Shown here piece after piece: positions 18,689-27,515 of a stretch of 56,799 nucleotides of DNA. This DNA comes from Thermoplasmata archaeon (GTDB lineage: Archaea > Thermoplasmatota > Thermoplasmata > Lutacidiplasmatales > UBA184), in contig JASHPZ010000017.1 of NCBI GenBank assembly GCA_030037815.1, positions 1 to 56,799 of the forward strand, in the 5' to 3' direction. Each line of letters begins with the position of its first letter. The stretch's first letter is position 1. The notes beneath the pieces are model-generated. The model ran no database searches, was not told where the DNA came from, and worked only from the letters and a program-made list of their open reading frames with translations. Position numbers and translations under genes: made by a program.

Positions 18689-20007
18689 GTGCACTCTTCC
18701 CACCGCCACGCGGGACACGCCGGGAGCCCCTGCGGGGCGTGCCGACGCACGGCGTCTCGGATCGCCTCCGCACGGCCCCTCCAGATGCGCGAAAAGTACG
18801 TCGGGGCGCCGAACCGGAGGTCGAACACGGCCACGCGGTCCTCCGCCCGCTCCGCGCGCTCGTAGACGACCAGCACGCGACCCGAAGCGAGTCCGGTCGC
18901 GGCGCACCGGAACCCGAGCTCGAGGACGTACTGCGGCGAGCGGGCCGCGAGCTCCTCGGGCCGGATCGGGTCCCACGACCGGGACGTCCGTACCAGGTAG
19001 GGCGCGCCGCGGAACAGGCCGACCTCCTCGAGCGGCTCCTCGGCCCACGTGGGTGCGCCGCACACTTCGCCCAGCGGACCGGATTCGAGGGCGGCGACCG
19101 CCCGTTCGTACGGGTCGGCGGGTCCCGCCGTCGCGGGCACCGCGCCGTCGACCTCCTCGGGTCCCGGGGGGGCGGTCCGTTCGAAGTAGGTGCGCCGCGG
19201 ATAGAGCACGTCCCGGAACCGTGCGATCCGATCGGCCTCCGCGGGGCGGGCGTGCGCGCGCACGCCGGTGTCCACGCGCTCGGCCAGCTCCGGCCGGGAC
19301 GTGAACCCGGCGGCCGCGTCGAGCATCGCGGACCCCGCGTCCGCCTCGCCACCCGAGCAGTCGCAGACGTTCGCCGCCCGGTACTCGCACCCCTTTGCGA
19401 ACCACCGGCAGCGCGGGAGTCCGGCCGGGTCGCGGCTCGCGAGGGAGGTTCGGAGGGCGTCGACCCGACGCCGCATCTCGCCCGCGACCTCGGCCGGGCG
19501 CTCGAACCGCACGTCGGTCGCCCGGACCTCCCGCACGTCGGACCCCTCCGTCCGGAGGTGGAGGAGCCGACCCGAGGGCCGGTCGGCCAGGACGCAGTAC
19601 ATGGCGAGCTGCTCGACGTGTTCGGGTCGCAGCGTGCGCAGTTCGTCCGGATCGACGACCGTCCCGCCGGTCTTCACCTCGGTCGGAACGTCCGCGAGGA
19701 GGTCGATCCGGCCGACCAGTCCCTGCCCCCGGACCCGCACCTCGAGTTGGCCCTCCCGGGAGAGCGCCCGGCCGAGCGCCATGTGGAGCGCGCGGCCGGC
19801 GTCGATCGCTGCACGCCGCTCCTCGGACAACGCCGGGGCGCCGCGCGTCCGTCGCCAGAAGGCGCGCCGGGGGTCAAGGAGGTCGGTGACCCAGATCGCG
19901 CGCTCTTCCGGGACGGCCGCGATTCGGCCCGCCATCTCGGCGGAGAGGTCCCGGTCCAGCGTGACCGCGACCGTCGGTTCCCATCGCGGCTCGTCCGGAA
20001 GCGCCAC
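18637..20007 (-). CDS. Solo Cas4-like PD-(D/E)XK protein with two tandem domains
   Basis: Domain 1: VTDLLDPRR, GRALH, GRID, EVKT, QLAMY, C-x6-C-x7-CxC. Domain 2: DVLYPRR...CPAWRWEECTYRPECGC. Confidence 0.82.
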   Translation of the reverse strand: MALPDEPRWEPTVAVTLDRDLSAEMAGRIAAVPEERAIWVTDLLDPRRAFWRRTRGAPALSEERRAAIDAGRALHMALGRALSREGQLEVRVRGQGLVGRIDLLADVPTEVKTGGTVVDPDELRTLRPEHVEQLAMYCVLADRPSGRLLHLRTEGSDVREVRATDVRFERPAEVAGEMRRRVDALRTSLASRDPAGLPRCRWFAKGCEYRAANVCDCSGGEADAGSAMLDAAAGFTSRPELAERVDTGVRAHARPAEADRIARFRDVLYPRRTYFERTAPPGPEEVDGAVPATAGPADPYERAVAALESGPLGEVCGAPTWAEEPLEEVGLFRGAPYLVRTSRSWDPIRPEELAARSPQYVLELGFRCAATGLASGRVLVVYERAERAEDRVAVFDLRFGAPTYFSRIWRGRAEAIRDAVRRHAPQGLPACPAWRWEECTYRPECGCDPAVDRSHR

Positions 20008-20092
20008 GGAGTCGTCCGGCCGAGAGAGCCCCGCGTCTTGACCCCGGCGGCCGGCAGAAGCCGATATACCGCGCCCGCCCCCTCAACGCCCG

Positions 20093-21661
20093 ATGCCGTC
20101 GGCGGCCCGGCGCCCGTTGATCATCGGCAGCGGGATCGCGGGGCTCTACGTCGCGCTCCGCGCGCGAGAGCTCGGCCTGCGGCCGACCCTGGTCACGAAG
20201 TCGCGGCTTGAGGAGAGCGCGACCCGATACGCGCAGGGCGGCATCGCGGCCGCGATCGGGCCGGACGACTCACCGGCGCGCCACCTCGACGACACGCTGC
20301 GCGCCGGCGCGGGGCTGGTCGACCGCGCCGCCGCGCGCCAACTGACGAGCGACGCGCCCGCGCGGATCGCCGACCTCGTGCGCTACGGGGTGCCGTTCGA
20401 CACGGTGGACGGGCAGATCGCCCTCGGACGCGAGGGCGCCCACTCGACCGCCCGCATCCTGCACGCCGGGGGGGACGCGACCGGACTCCAGATCGAGGAG
20501 GCGCTGAAGCGGCGGGCGCTGGACGCCGGCGTGGACGCCCGCGAGCGCACGGTGTTGCGGGCGTTGCGCCCGGACGGCAAGGACGGCGTGGTCGCCGTGC
20601 TCTCGCACGCCGACGGCGGGGAGAGCGAGGTGATGGACGAGCGGCCGGTCGTCCTCGCGACCGGCGGCGCGGGCTCCCTCTACCGGCAGAGCTCGAACCC
20701 GTCGATCTCGACCGGCGAGGGCGTGGCGATCGCGTTCCGGGCCGGCGCGCTCGTGTCGGACATGGAGTTCATCCAGTTCCACCCGACCGCGTTCTACCGC
20801 GAGGGCGCCCCGCACTTCCTGATCACGGAGGCGATGCGGGGGGAAGGGGCGGTCCTCCGGAACGACGCCGGCGAGCGGTTCCTCGTCGGGCAGCACCGGG
20901 ACGCGGAACTGGCGCCGCGCGACGTCGTCGCGCGCGCGATCGACCGCGAGATCCACCGCTCCGGGCACCCGTGCGTCTACCTCGACGCCACGGCGATCCC
21001 GCGGGACCGGTTGTTCGCCCGGTTCCCGTCGATCACGACCTTCCTCGCGGCCTACGGCCTCGACCCGTCCCGCGACCCGATCCCGGTGACTCCGGTCGCG
21101 CACTACATGGTCGGCGGGGTGACGACCGACCTCGAGGGCCGTACGACGCTCCGCCACCTCTACGCGTGCGGCGAGGCGGCCGCGACCGGGGTCCACGGCG
21201 CGAACCGGCTCGCCAGCAACTCGTTGCTGGAGGGCCTCGTCTTCGGCGAGCACGTCGCGCGCCAGCTGGTCCATCCGGTGCCGCGCGCGCCGCCGGACCC
21301 CGGTCGCGTGGTCGAGATCCCGTTGCGCCCGGGCGCCGGCCGTTCCGACCCGCCGCCCGAGGTCGAGGCCGTGCCGGACCTGCTGTGGGAAGAGGTCGGG
21401 ATCGTGCGGACCGCCGACGGGCTCCGCGACGCGCTCTCGGGTTTCGAGGCGATCCTGCGCGAGCTCGAACCCGCGCGGTCGGACGAGCTGGCCGGGCCCG
21501 AGGCGAACGCGGCGCTCACGGCCGCGTTCATCGCGCGGTCCGCGCTCGCGCGGACCGAGAGCCGCGGAGCCCACTACCGGTCGGACTGGCCGAAGTCGCG
21601 GACGGAGTGGGTGAAGCACATCGGCCTCCGGCTCGAGTCGAAACCCCGCGCCCGCCCCTGA
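20093..21661 (+). CDS. nadB: L-aspartate oxidase
   Basis: [47 protein letters not shown] and ESRGAH motifs. Confidence 0.95.
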   Translation: MPSAARRPLIIGSGIAGLYVALRARELGLRPTLVTKSRLEESATRYAQGGIAAAIGPDDSPARHLDDTLRAGAGLVDRAAARQLTSDAPARIADLVRYGVPFDTVDGQIALGREGAHSTARILHAGGDATGLQIEEALKRRALDAGVDARERTVLRALRPDGKDGVVAVLSHADGGESEVMDERPVVLATGGAGSLYRQSSNPSISTGEGVAIAFRAGALVSDMEFIQFHPTAFYREGAPHFLITEAMRGEGAVLRNDAGERFLVGQHRDAELAPRDVVARAIDREIHRSGHPCVYLDATAIPRDRLFARFPSITTFLAAYGLDPSRDPIPVTPVAHYMVGGVTTDLEGRTTLRHLYACGEAAATGVHGANRLASNSLLEGLVFGEHVARQLVHPVPRAPPDPGRVVEIPLRPGAGRSDPPPEVEAVPDLLWEEVGIVRTADGLRDALSGFEAILRELEPARSDELAGPEANAALTAAFIARSALARTESRGAHYRSDWPKSRTEWVKHIGLRLESKPRARP

Positions 21662-21702
21662 ACCGCGACAAGGGTTATCCTCCCGGCGCGGTGGTGGCGT
21701 CG

Positions 21703-22851
21703 ATGCACCTCGCGCTCTCCGACGAGGAGCGGGCGCTCCAGGACGCGGCCCGCGCGTTCGTGCGCAAGGAGGTCCTACCGGTCGCGGACCGGATGGACCG
21801 CGAGGACTACTTCCCGCGGGACGTCTTCCGTCGCCTCGGCGACGCCGGATTCCTCGCGCCCACCTTGCCCGTGGAGCTCGGCGGGTTGGGGCTCGGCTAC
21901 CTCGCGCAGGCGATCCTGCTCGAGGAGATCGCCCGGGCGAGCCCCGCGCTCGCGCTGAGCGTCGGCGCGCACTCGAATCTGTTCGCGGACAACGTCCTCC
22001 GGAACGCGAGCCCCGCGCAGCGGTCCGAGTTTCTGCCGGCGGCCGCCTCCGGGGCGGCGGTCGGCGCGCTCGCGCTGACCGAGCCGAACGCCGGTTCGGA
22101 CGCCGTGTCGCTCCGGACGCGCGCCGAACGCCAGGGCGACCACTACGTCCTCAACGGGACGAAGCAGTTCATCACCAACGGTCCGGTCGCGGACACGATG
22201 CTGGTCTACGCGAAGACCGCACCGGACCGCGGCCCGCGGGGCATCTCGGCGTTCCTCGTGCGGCGGGAGACGCCCGGATTCTCGGTGACGCGTCAGCTCG
22301 ACAAGATGGGGATGCGCGGGTCGCCGACCGGCGAGCTCGCGTTCCAGGACGCCCGGGTGCCCGTCGACCAGCGGGTCGGCGCGGAGAACGAGGGCGTGCG
22401 CATCATGATGAGCGGGCTGAACGTCGAGCGAGCGGTCCTGGCCGGCATCCCGCTCGGCATCATGGCCGAGTGCCTCGACCGTTCGGTCGCGTACGCGCGG
22501 CAGCGCGAACAGTTCGGGAAGCCGATCGGCGAGTTCGAGCTGATCCAGGCGAAGATCGCGAACATGTACACCGACCTCCGGGCGGCGCGCCTGCTCACCT
22601 GGGCGGCGCTCGAGGACGTGACGACCGCGCCCGAGCTGCGCCGCGCGAGCGCCGCGGCGCTGACGTTCGCCTCCGAGGCGTCCACCCGCGTCGCACTGGA
22701 CGCCGTCCAGGTGCACGGCGGGTACGGCTACATGCGCGACCTTCCGATCGAGCGCCTCGCGCGGGACGCGAAGCTGCTCGAGATCGGCGCCGGGACGTCG
22801 GAGATCCGGCGCCTCCTGGTCGCGCGCGAACTGCTCGGACTCGGAGGGTGA
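21703..22851 (+). CDS. Acyl-CoA dehydrogenase, isovaleryl-CoA dehydrogenase-like
   Basis: [15 protein letters not shown] and KMGMRGS motifs. GLNVER supplies the helix-G catalytic Glu and EIGAGTSE lacks the MCAD-type Glu, which is the IVD pattern. Confidence 0.92.
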   Translation: MHLALSDEERALQDAARAFVRKEVLPVADRMDREDYFPRDVFRRLGDAGFLAPTLPVELGGLGLGYLAQAILLEEIARASPALALSVGAHSNLFADNVLRNASPAQRSEFLPAAASGAAVGALALTEPNAGSDAVSLRTRAERQGDHYVLNGTKQFITNGPVADTMLVYAKTAPDRGPRGISAFLVRRETPGFSVTRQLDKMGMRGSPTGELAFQDARVPVDQRVGAENEGVRIMMSGLNVERAVLAGIPLGIMAECLDRSVAYARQREQFGKPIGEFELIQAKIANMYTDLRAARLLTWAALEDVTTAPELRRASAAALTFASEASTRVALDAVQVHGGYGYMRDLPIERLARDAKLLEIGAGTSEIRRLLVARELLGLGG

Positions 22852-22872
22852 CCGGGCCGCGCGGCGGCCCGG
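22852..22872. terminator. Hairpin between convergent genes
   Basis: CCGGGCCGC-gcg-GCGGCCCGG 9-bp stem directly after the dehydrogenase stop. No U-tract. Confidence 0.35.
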
Positions 22873-22881
22873 CCGGGGCGC

Positions 22882-23058
22882 CTACCGCCCCTGCGGCTTC
22901 CGGAGCCCCAGCCCTTCCTCGATGTAGAGGGCCGCCTGGGTGGACGTCGATCGGCGGTCGCGTTCCGCGGCGCGCTTCAGATGGCGAAGGATGGCGGGCT
23001 CGAGATATACGGCCAGTCCGACACGTCGCTTCGCCTTGCTCTTCGGTGGTCTCGGCAT
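22882..23058 (-). CDS. Small ribbon-helix-helix (Arc/CopG-like) DNA-binding protein
   Basis: 58 aa. VGLAVYLEPAILRHLKRAAERDRRSTSTQAALYIEEGL fits the RHH pattern. Confidence 0.8.
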   Translation of the reverse strand: MPRPPKSKAKRRVGLAVYLEPAILRHLKRAAERDRRSTSTQAALYIEEGLGLRKPQGR

Positions 23059-23276
23059 ACTGTTCTTTTTTTTCCTTCGAGTCCTGAGACTCGACCGCGG
23101 TACCCGGTCCGCGGGGCCTGACGGCCGAGAGGGGTGTGGTGGCCGTCGGATAAATATCATTCGTTCGGGTCGGCCGACGCCGGAAACGGTCCCCTGACGT
23201 GGGGAGCGCCGCGGCGCGGGTCGCGCGCGCGCCGCCCGGCCAACGTATATAGCGCCCCGTGCCCCATCCGACCTCG

Positions 23277-24014
23277 ATGGCCGGCCGTCCTCCGGCGAGC
23301 TCCGGCTCGATGGCCTCGTTGCGGGTCGAGGTCCTGAAGGAGCTCCAGGCGCTGATCGACGGGCGGGATGCCCGCGACCGGATCGACCGCGGGCCGCTCG
23401 CCGAGACGAAGGGGAAGGAGCACTGGGTGCTCCACCTCCTCCTGCGCGCGGAGGAGCTGAACCAGGCGCACTTCGACAGCCTCATCGGCACCGCCTACTC
23501 GAACCTCATCGCGCGGCTCCAGTCGGTCGAGGACCGGGTCCAGCGGGTCGAGACCGCCTCCCAGGCGGTCGGCCTCGAGGTGAAGACGCGGTTCGACGGG
23601 ATCGAGAGCCAGCTCGCGGAGCGGGTCTCGAAGGAGGTCACGGGCACGATCGGCAAGGCGGCCGAGCAGATCGGCACCGACCTGTTCCGCAACCTGGACG
23701 AGCGGTGGAAGCCCGTGGGCGACTCGATCGAGACGTTCGCCCAGGCGTCCGGCCAACTGTCGAAGGACCTCTCGGACACCTACCGCGTGACGACCCAGAG
23801 CCGGCTCCTGCTCAACGAGAACGCGCGCCGCATCATCGACCTCGGCCGGGACCTGGTCGCGCTCGAAGAGACCCTGAAGCTCGTCCTGACGAAAGCGCTC
23901 GAGGAGGGCCTCCAGCCGCTCGAGGACCGCATCGCCGCGCTCGAGAGCCGGCTGGGCGCGAACGGCGAGACGAACGGCGCCCGGACCGCGGAAACCCCCT
24001 CCGGGGGCGCCTAG
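23277..24014 (+). CDS. Hypothetical alpha-helical/coiled-coil protein
   Basis: Heptad-like Leu/Glu/Arg-rich sequence. TATATA at about 23246-23251 supports ATG 23277. Confidence 0.8.
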   Translation: MAGRPPASSGSMASLRVEVLKELQALIDGRDARDRIDRGPLAETKGKEHWVLHLLLRAEELNQAHFDSLIGTAYSNLIARLQSVEDRVQRVETASQAVGLEVKTRFDGIESQLAERVSKEVTGTIGKAAEQIGTDLFRNLDERWKPVGDSIETFAQASGQLSKDLSDTYRVTTQSRLLLNENARRIIDLGRDLVALEETLKLVLTKALEEGLQPLEDRIAALESRLGANGETNGARTAETPSGGA

Positions 24015-24028
24015 CGCGCCCGTCCCGG

Positions 24029-24790
24029 ATGCGGATCTCCCCCCGCCACCCGCGGTACCGTAGCCTCACCGTGCGCGCGGGGCTCGCCGCGGCGGCCCGG
24101 TCCGGGCTCGTCGTACCGGAAGGGCTGATCGCCCACGGTCGCGGCGAGGCGTTCGACTACCTCCTCGGGGAACGCACGACCCCGAGCGCCCGCCGCGCCG
24201 AGCGCGTCGCGGCGCGGTGGATCCGGGCCGCCCGGCATCCGGTCCTCAGCGTCAACGGCAACGTCGCGGCGCTCGCCGCCCGCGACGTCGCGGCGGTGGC
24301 ACGGGCCTGGCCCGCGCTCCGCGTCGAGGTGAACCTGTTCCACCGGACGGCCGACCGGGCGGAACGGATCGCCGCGGCGCTCGAACGCGCCGGCGTACGG
24401 GACGTCCTGGGGGTCCGACCGTCGGCCCGCATCCCCGGGCTCCCGTCGGACCGATCCCGGGTCGACCGCGAGGGGATCTATCGCGCGGACGTCTGCGTCG
24501 TCCCCCTCGAGGACGGAGACCGGACGGCCGCGCTCCGCGCGCTCGGGAAACGCGTGATCGCGATCGACCTGAATCCCCTGTCCCGCACGAGCCGGACCGC
24601 CGACCTCCCGATCGTGGACGAACTCGTTCGGGCGCTCTCGCACCTCGCGACCGACCTCAAGGCTGGCCGCGGCGCCCGAGCGACCGGGCGGTTCCCTCCG
24701 TTCGACGCTCCCGCGGCGCTGGCGGAAGCGCTCGCGACGATCGACCGCAACCTCACGCGGGCGGCGGGCCTTCGGACGCGGCGACGGTGA
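24029..24790 (+). CDS. Archaeal 4-phosphopantoate--beta-alanine ligase (phosphopantothenate synthetase)
   Basis: HPRYRSL, AHGRGEAFDYLLGE, SVNGN, EVNLFHR, VPLEDGDR and IDLNPLSRT motifs. Confidence 0.95.
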   Translation: MRISPRHPRYRSLTVRAGLAAAARSGLVVPEGLIAHGRGEAFDYLLGERTTPSARRAERVAARWIRAARHPVLSVNGNVAALAARDVAAVARAWPALRVEVNLFHRTADRAERIAAALERAGVRDVLGVRPSARIPGLPSDRSRVDREGIYRADVCVVPLEDGDRTAALRALGKRVIAIDLNPLSRTSRTADLPIVDELVRALSHLATDLKAGRGARATGRFPPFDAPAALAEALATIDRNLTRAAGLRTRRR

Positions 24791-25247
24791 CGGCCGCCCC
24801 GAGCTTCGCCGCGACCGCCTCGAGGAACGTCCGGTCCGAGGCGTCGTACGCCCCGACCGTCGTCCCGTCGATGTCGATCTCCCCGACGACCGTGGGGCCG
24901 ACGTGGATCGGAACGACGATCTCGGCGCGCGTCTCGAGGAAGCAGGCGAGGTACTCGGGGTCCGCCCGCACGTCGTCGACGACGACCGTGCGGCCCTCCC
25001 GGGCGGCCCGGCCGCAGACGCCCCGGCCGATCGGGATGCGGGTGTGCTCCGTCGGGGCCGGGCCGTCCCACGCGTCCAGGACGAGCGTCGCGCCGTCGAG
25101 GCGGTAGATTCCGACCCAGCGGTAACTCCGGAACGAGCTCCGGAGGAAGCGGCAGACCTCCGCGAGCGCCGCCCGACCCTTCAGCCGGCCGAGGATCGCA
25201 TCCAGTTGCAACAGGGCCGGCGTCGCCGCGCGGGGCGCCACCGTCAT
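24753..25247 (-). CDS. GAF-domain free methionine-(R)-sulfoxide reductase (type II fRMsr-like)
   Basis: WVGIY, GRGVCGRAA, YLAC, EIVVP and EIDID motifs. TEH replaces the type I AC motif. Confidence 0.85.
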   Translation of the reverse strand: MTVAPRAATPALLQLDAILGRLKGRAALAEVCRFLRSSFRSYRWVGIYRLDGATLVLDAWDGPAPTEHTRIPIGRGVCGRAAREGRTVVVDDVRADPEYLACFLETRAEIVVPIHVGPTVVGEIDIDGTTVGAYDASDRTFLEAVAAKLGAAVTVAASEGPPPA

Positions 25248-25272
25248 CGGGACCGCCCGGGCTGGAGGAGAG

Positions 25273-25390
25273 CGCCGAGGGGGAGAATCTCCGCCGCGAC
25301 GGGACGGCCGTCCGCGGCGTTTGAACTCCCGAGGCGTATTCCGCCACGAGCTTTCCAGACTCGCGCCGTACCGGACTGAGCCACCTCGGC
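25273..25390 (-). tRNA. tRNA-Ser(GGA) with a 33-nt intron in the T loop (25287-25319); CCA not encoded
   Basis: Acceptor GCCGAGG/CCTCGGC+G; anticodon arm CGAGT-CTGGAAA-GCTCG; long variable arm GGCG-GAATA-CGCC; T arm GGGAG-TTCAAA[intron]T-CTCCC. Confidence 0.92.
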
Positions 25391-25451
25391 ACGCCCGGTG
25401 CGATTGGACGGCGCGTGCGCCATAAGCTTAGCGGCGGGACGGCGGCGCCCG

Positions 25452-25691
25452 TCAGTCCCGGAGGGGGTACCAGCGGCAGTTCGCGCAGCCGACGCCGCGG
25501 TCCTCGCCGGGGATCGGGACGCCGCAGCTGGGGCACGGCGTCGGGCTCGCGACCGAGAGCACGAGGCAGTCGAAGCAGCTTCCGCCGCGTCGGTCCTCGG
25601 GCAGAAGGACGATCTCCTTGCCGCAGAAGAGACAGCGGGACCACCGGTCGTCGGGCGACGGGAATCCACGGTTGTCCGCGAACAAAAGCAT
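25452..25691 (-). CDS. Small protein with four CxxC motifs (double zinc finger)
   Basis: 79 aa containing CLFC, CFDC, CPSC and CANC. Confidence 0.75.
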   Translation of the reverse strand: MLLFADNRGFPSPDDRWSRCLFCGKEIVLLPEDRRGGSCFDCLVLSVASPTPCPSCGVPIPGEDRGVGCANCRWYPLRD

Positions 25692-25776
25692 CGGGCGGCC
25701 ACCACGAGCCGGGCGGTACATAAGACCTCGCGCGTCGGCCCGCGTTCCGGCGGCCGAGAACGCCGGATAGACGTCG

Positions 25777-26523
25777 TTACGGCTCCTTCCAGCGGGCCTT
25801 CACCGCCGCGATCAGGAACAGCGCGGCCGTGAACGTGACGAGGACGGTCCAGTCGAGGAGCGCCTGGCCGGTCGAGAGCGGCTGGAGGCCGGTCGCCCCC
25901 TGCGCGAGGCTCGCCGCGTAGGTCGTCGGCGAGAACCGCGCGATCACCTGCGCCCACCCGGGCAGCGCCGAGAGCGGGTAGTAGACGGGCGGCAAGACGG
26001 TGAGCCCGAGCGAGATCAGCGGGCTGAACATGAACGTCTCGCGCACGTCCTCGAAGTAGGTCGCGAGCGTGAACGCGAGGGCCGTCGCGAACCCCCAGAC
26101 GAGCAGCATCACCCCGGCGAGGACGACGCACGCCTCGGCGCTCGCGAGCCCGTCCGCGGCGAGGATCACGACGAACACGCCGATCCCGGGCAACGAGTAG
26201 ACGAGCTCGGAGAACGCCATGCCGGCGACGTACACCGGCGCCTCCACCGGCGAGGCGACGACGACGTCCTGGAACTTCAGGTCGTGCCGGTAGTGGGTGA
26301 GGTCCGACTGGAGGCCGGTGCCGACCGACAGCATCGTCAGCACCATCCCGCCGGTGACGCCGTAGGCGAGCAGCGAGCCGTGCGAGATCACGGTGATGAA
26401 GAACAGGAACGAGAGCGGCGAGGCGAGCAGGTTCAGGAGGTAGAGCGGCTGCGTCCGGATCGGGATGATGCCGTTCAGCTGGACGAGCGTCAGGAGCGAA
26501 CGCAGGCGGTGGCGCTCGCTCAC
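25777..26523 (-). CDS. ABC-2 type exporter permease
   Basis: About six TM helices, with PVYYPLSALPGWAQ and SPTTY motifs. GTGA overlap with the ATPase gene. Confidence 0.9.
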   Translation of the reverse strand: MSERHRLRSLLTLVQLNGIIPIRTQPLYLLNLLASPLSFLFFITVISHGSLLAYGVTGGMVLTMLSVGTGLQSDLTHYRHDLKFQDVVVASPVEAPVYVAGMAFSELVYSLPGIGVFVVILAADGLASAEACVVLAGVMLLVWGFATALAFTLATYFEDVRETFMFSPLISLGLTVLPPVYYPLSALPGWAQVIARFSPTTYAASLAQGATGLQPLSTGQALLDWTVLVTFTAALFLIAAVKARWKEP

Positions 26524-27467
26524 GCCGCCTCCTCCGCGGTCTCCGCGTCGCCGTCCGAGTCGATCGACTTCCCGACGACGTCGAGGAAGATGTCCTCGAG
26601 GCTCACCGGTCCCATCGAGAGCCGCGCGCCGCGCTCGAGCGCGACCTTCGCCAAGTCGCGCGCCTCGGCTTCGCGCGTGAACACGAGGTAGCCGCCCTCG
26701 ACGTCCGACACCTGCCCGTACGACTCGAGCTCGGCGTGGGTGAACCCGCCCTGGAGCGTGACGCGGTACGGGTACCGCACCCGGCCCCGGAGGTCGCCCG
26801 GCGACCCCTCGAGGACGAGCTGCCCCCGTTCGATCAGCGCGAGGCGCCCCGACAATTGCTCCGCCTCGTCGAGGTAGTGGGTCGTCAGGACGATCGTGCG
26901 GTGCTCGCGGCTCGCGCGGCGGATCGCCTGCCACACCTCACGGCGGGCGATCGGGTCGAGCCCCGTGGTCGGCTCGTCGAGGAACATCACGTCGGCGTCC
27001 GACGCGAGCACCATCGCGCAGAGCGTCCGCCGGCGGAGCCCGCCGGAGAGGCGGGAGACGAGCCGCTTCGCGTACTCGGTGAGCGACAGCTCGTCGAGGG
27101 CGGCCTTCGTCCGCCGGCGCGCCTCGGCCGGCTCGAGCCCGCGCATCTTGAGGTAGAGGTAGATGACCTCCTCGACGCGGAGGAAGTAGAGCGGCCGCGA
27201 CTCCTGCGGGACGCACGCAATCCGCGCGCGGATCTTCCGCTCGCCGCCCTGGACGTTCTCGCCGAGCACGTCGAGCCGCCCTGACGTCGGCTCGAGCTGG
27301 GTCGCGGCGATCCGGATGAACGTCGTCTTGCCGGCGCCGTTCCGTCCGATCAGCCCGTAGACGCCGCCGGTCGGGACGTCCAGGGAGAGCCCGTCCAGGG
27401 CCGGGACGCCCTTGACCGAGTGACGGTAGACCTTGCCGAGGCGCTCGGCGTGGATCGCGCTGCCCAT
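26520..27467 (-). CDS. ABC exporter ATP-binding protein (DrrA-like)
   Basis: GRNGAGKT, LSGG, LDEPTTGLD and TTHYLDEAE motifs. Confidence 0.95.
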   Translation of the reverse strand: MGSAIHAERLGKVYRHSVKGVPALDGLSLDVPTGGVYGLIGRNGAGKTTFIRIAATQLEPTSGRLDVLGENVQGGERKIRARIACVPQESRPLYFLRVEEVIYLYLKMRGLEPAEARRRTKAALDELSLTEYAKRLVSRLSGGLRRRTLCAMVLASDADVMFLDEPTTGLDPIARREVWQAIRRASREHRTIVLTTHYLDEAEQLSGRLALIERGQLVLEGSPGDLRGRVRYPYRVTLQGGFTHAELESYGQVSDVEGGYLVFTREAEARDLAKVALERGARLSMGPVSLEDIFLDVVGKSIDSDGDAETAEEAA

Positions 27468-27515
27468 TGAGGGCTCGGGGAACGGGGCGCGGTTCTTAAC
27501 GCCGGCCCGCCCGCG

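Noticed and set aside
20093-21661. Succinate dehydrogenase/fumarate reductase flavoprotein
   Set aside because: YAQGG lacks the covalent-FAD His and no Fe-S or membrane subunits are adjacent, so NadB fits better.
22882-24014. RHH plus neighbour as a toxin-antitoxin pair
   Set aside because: The genes are divergent and the neighbour has no toxin-like motifs.
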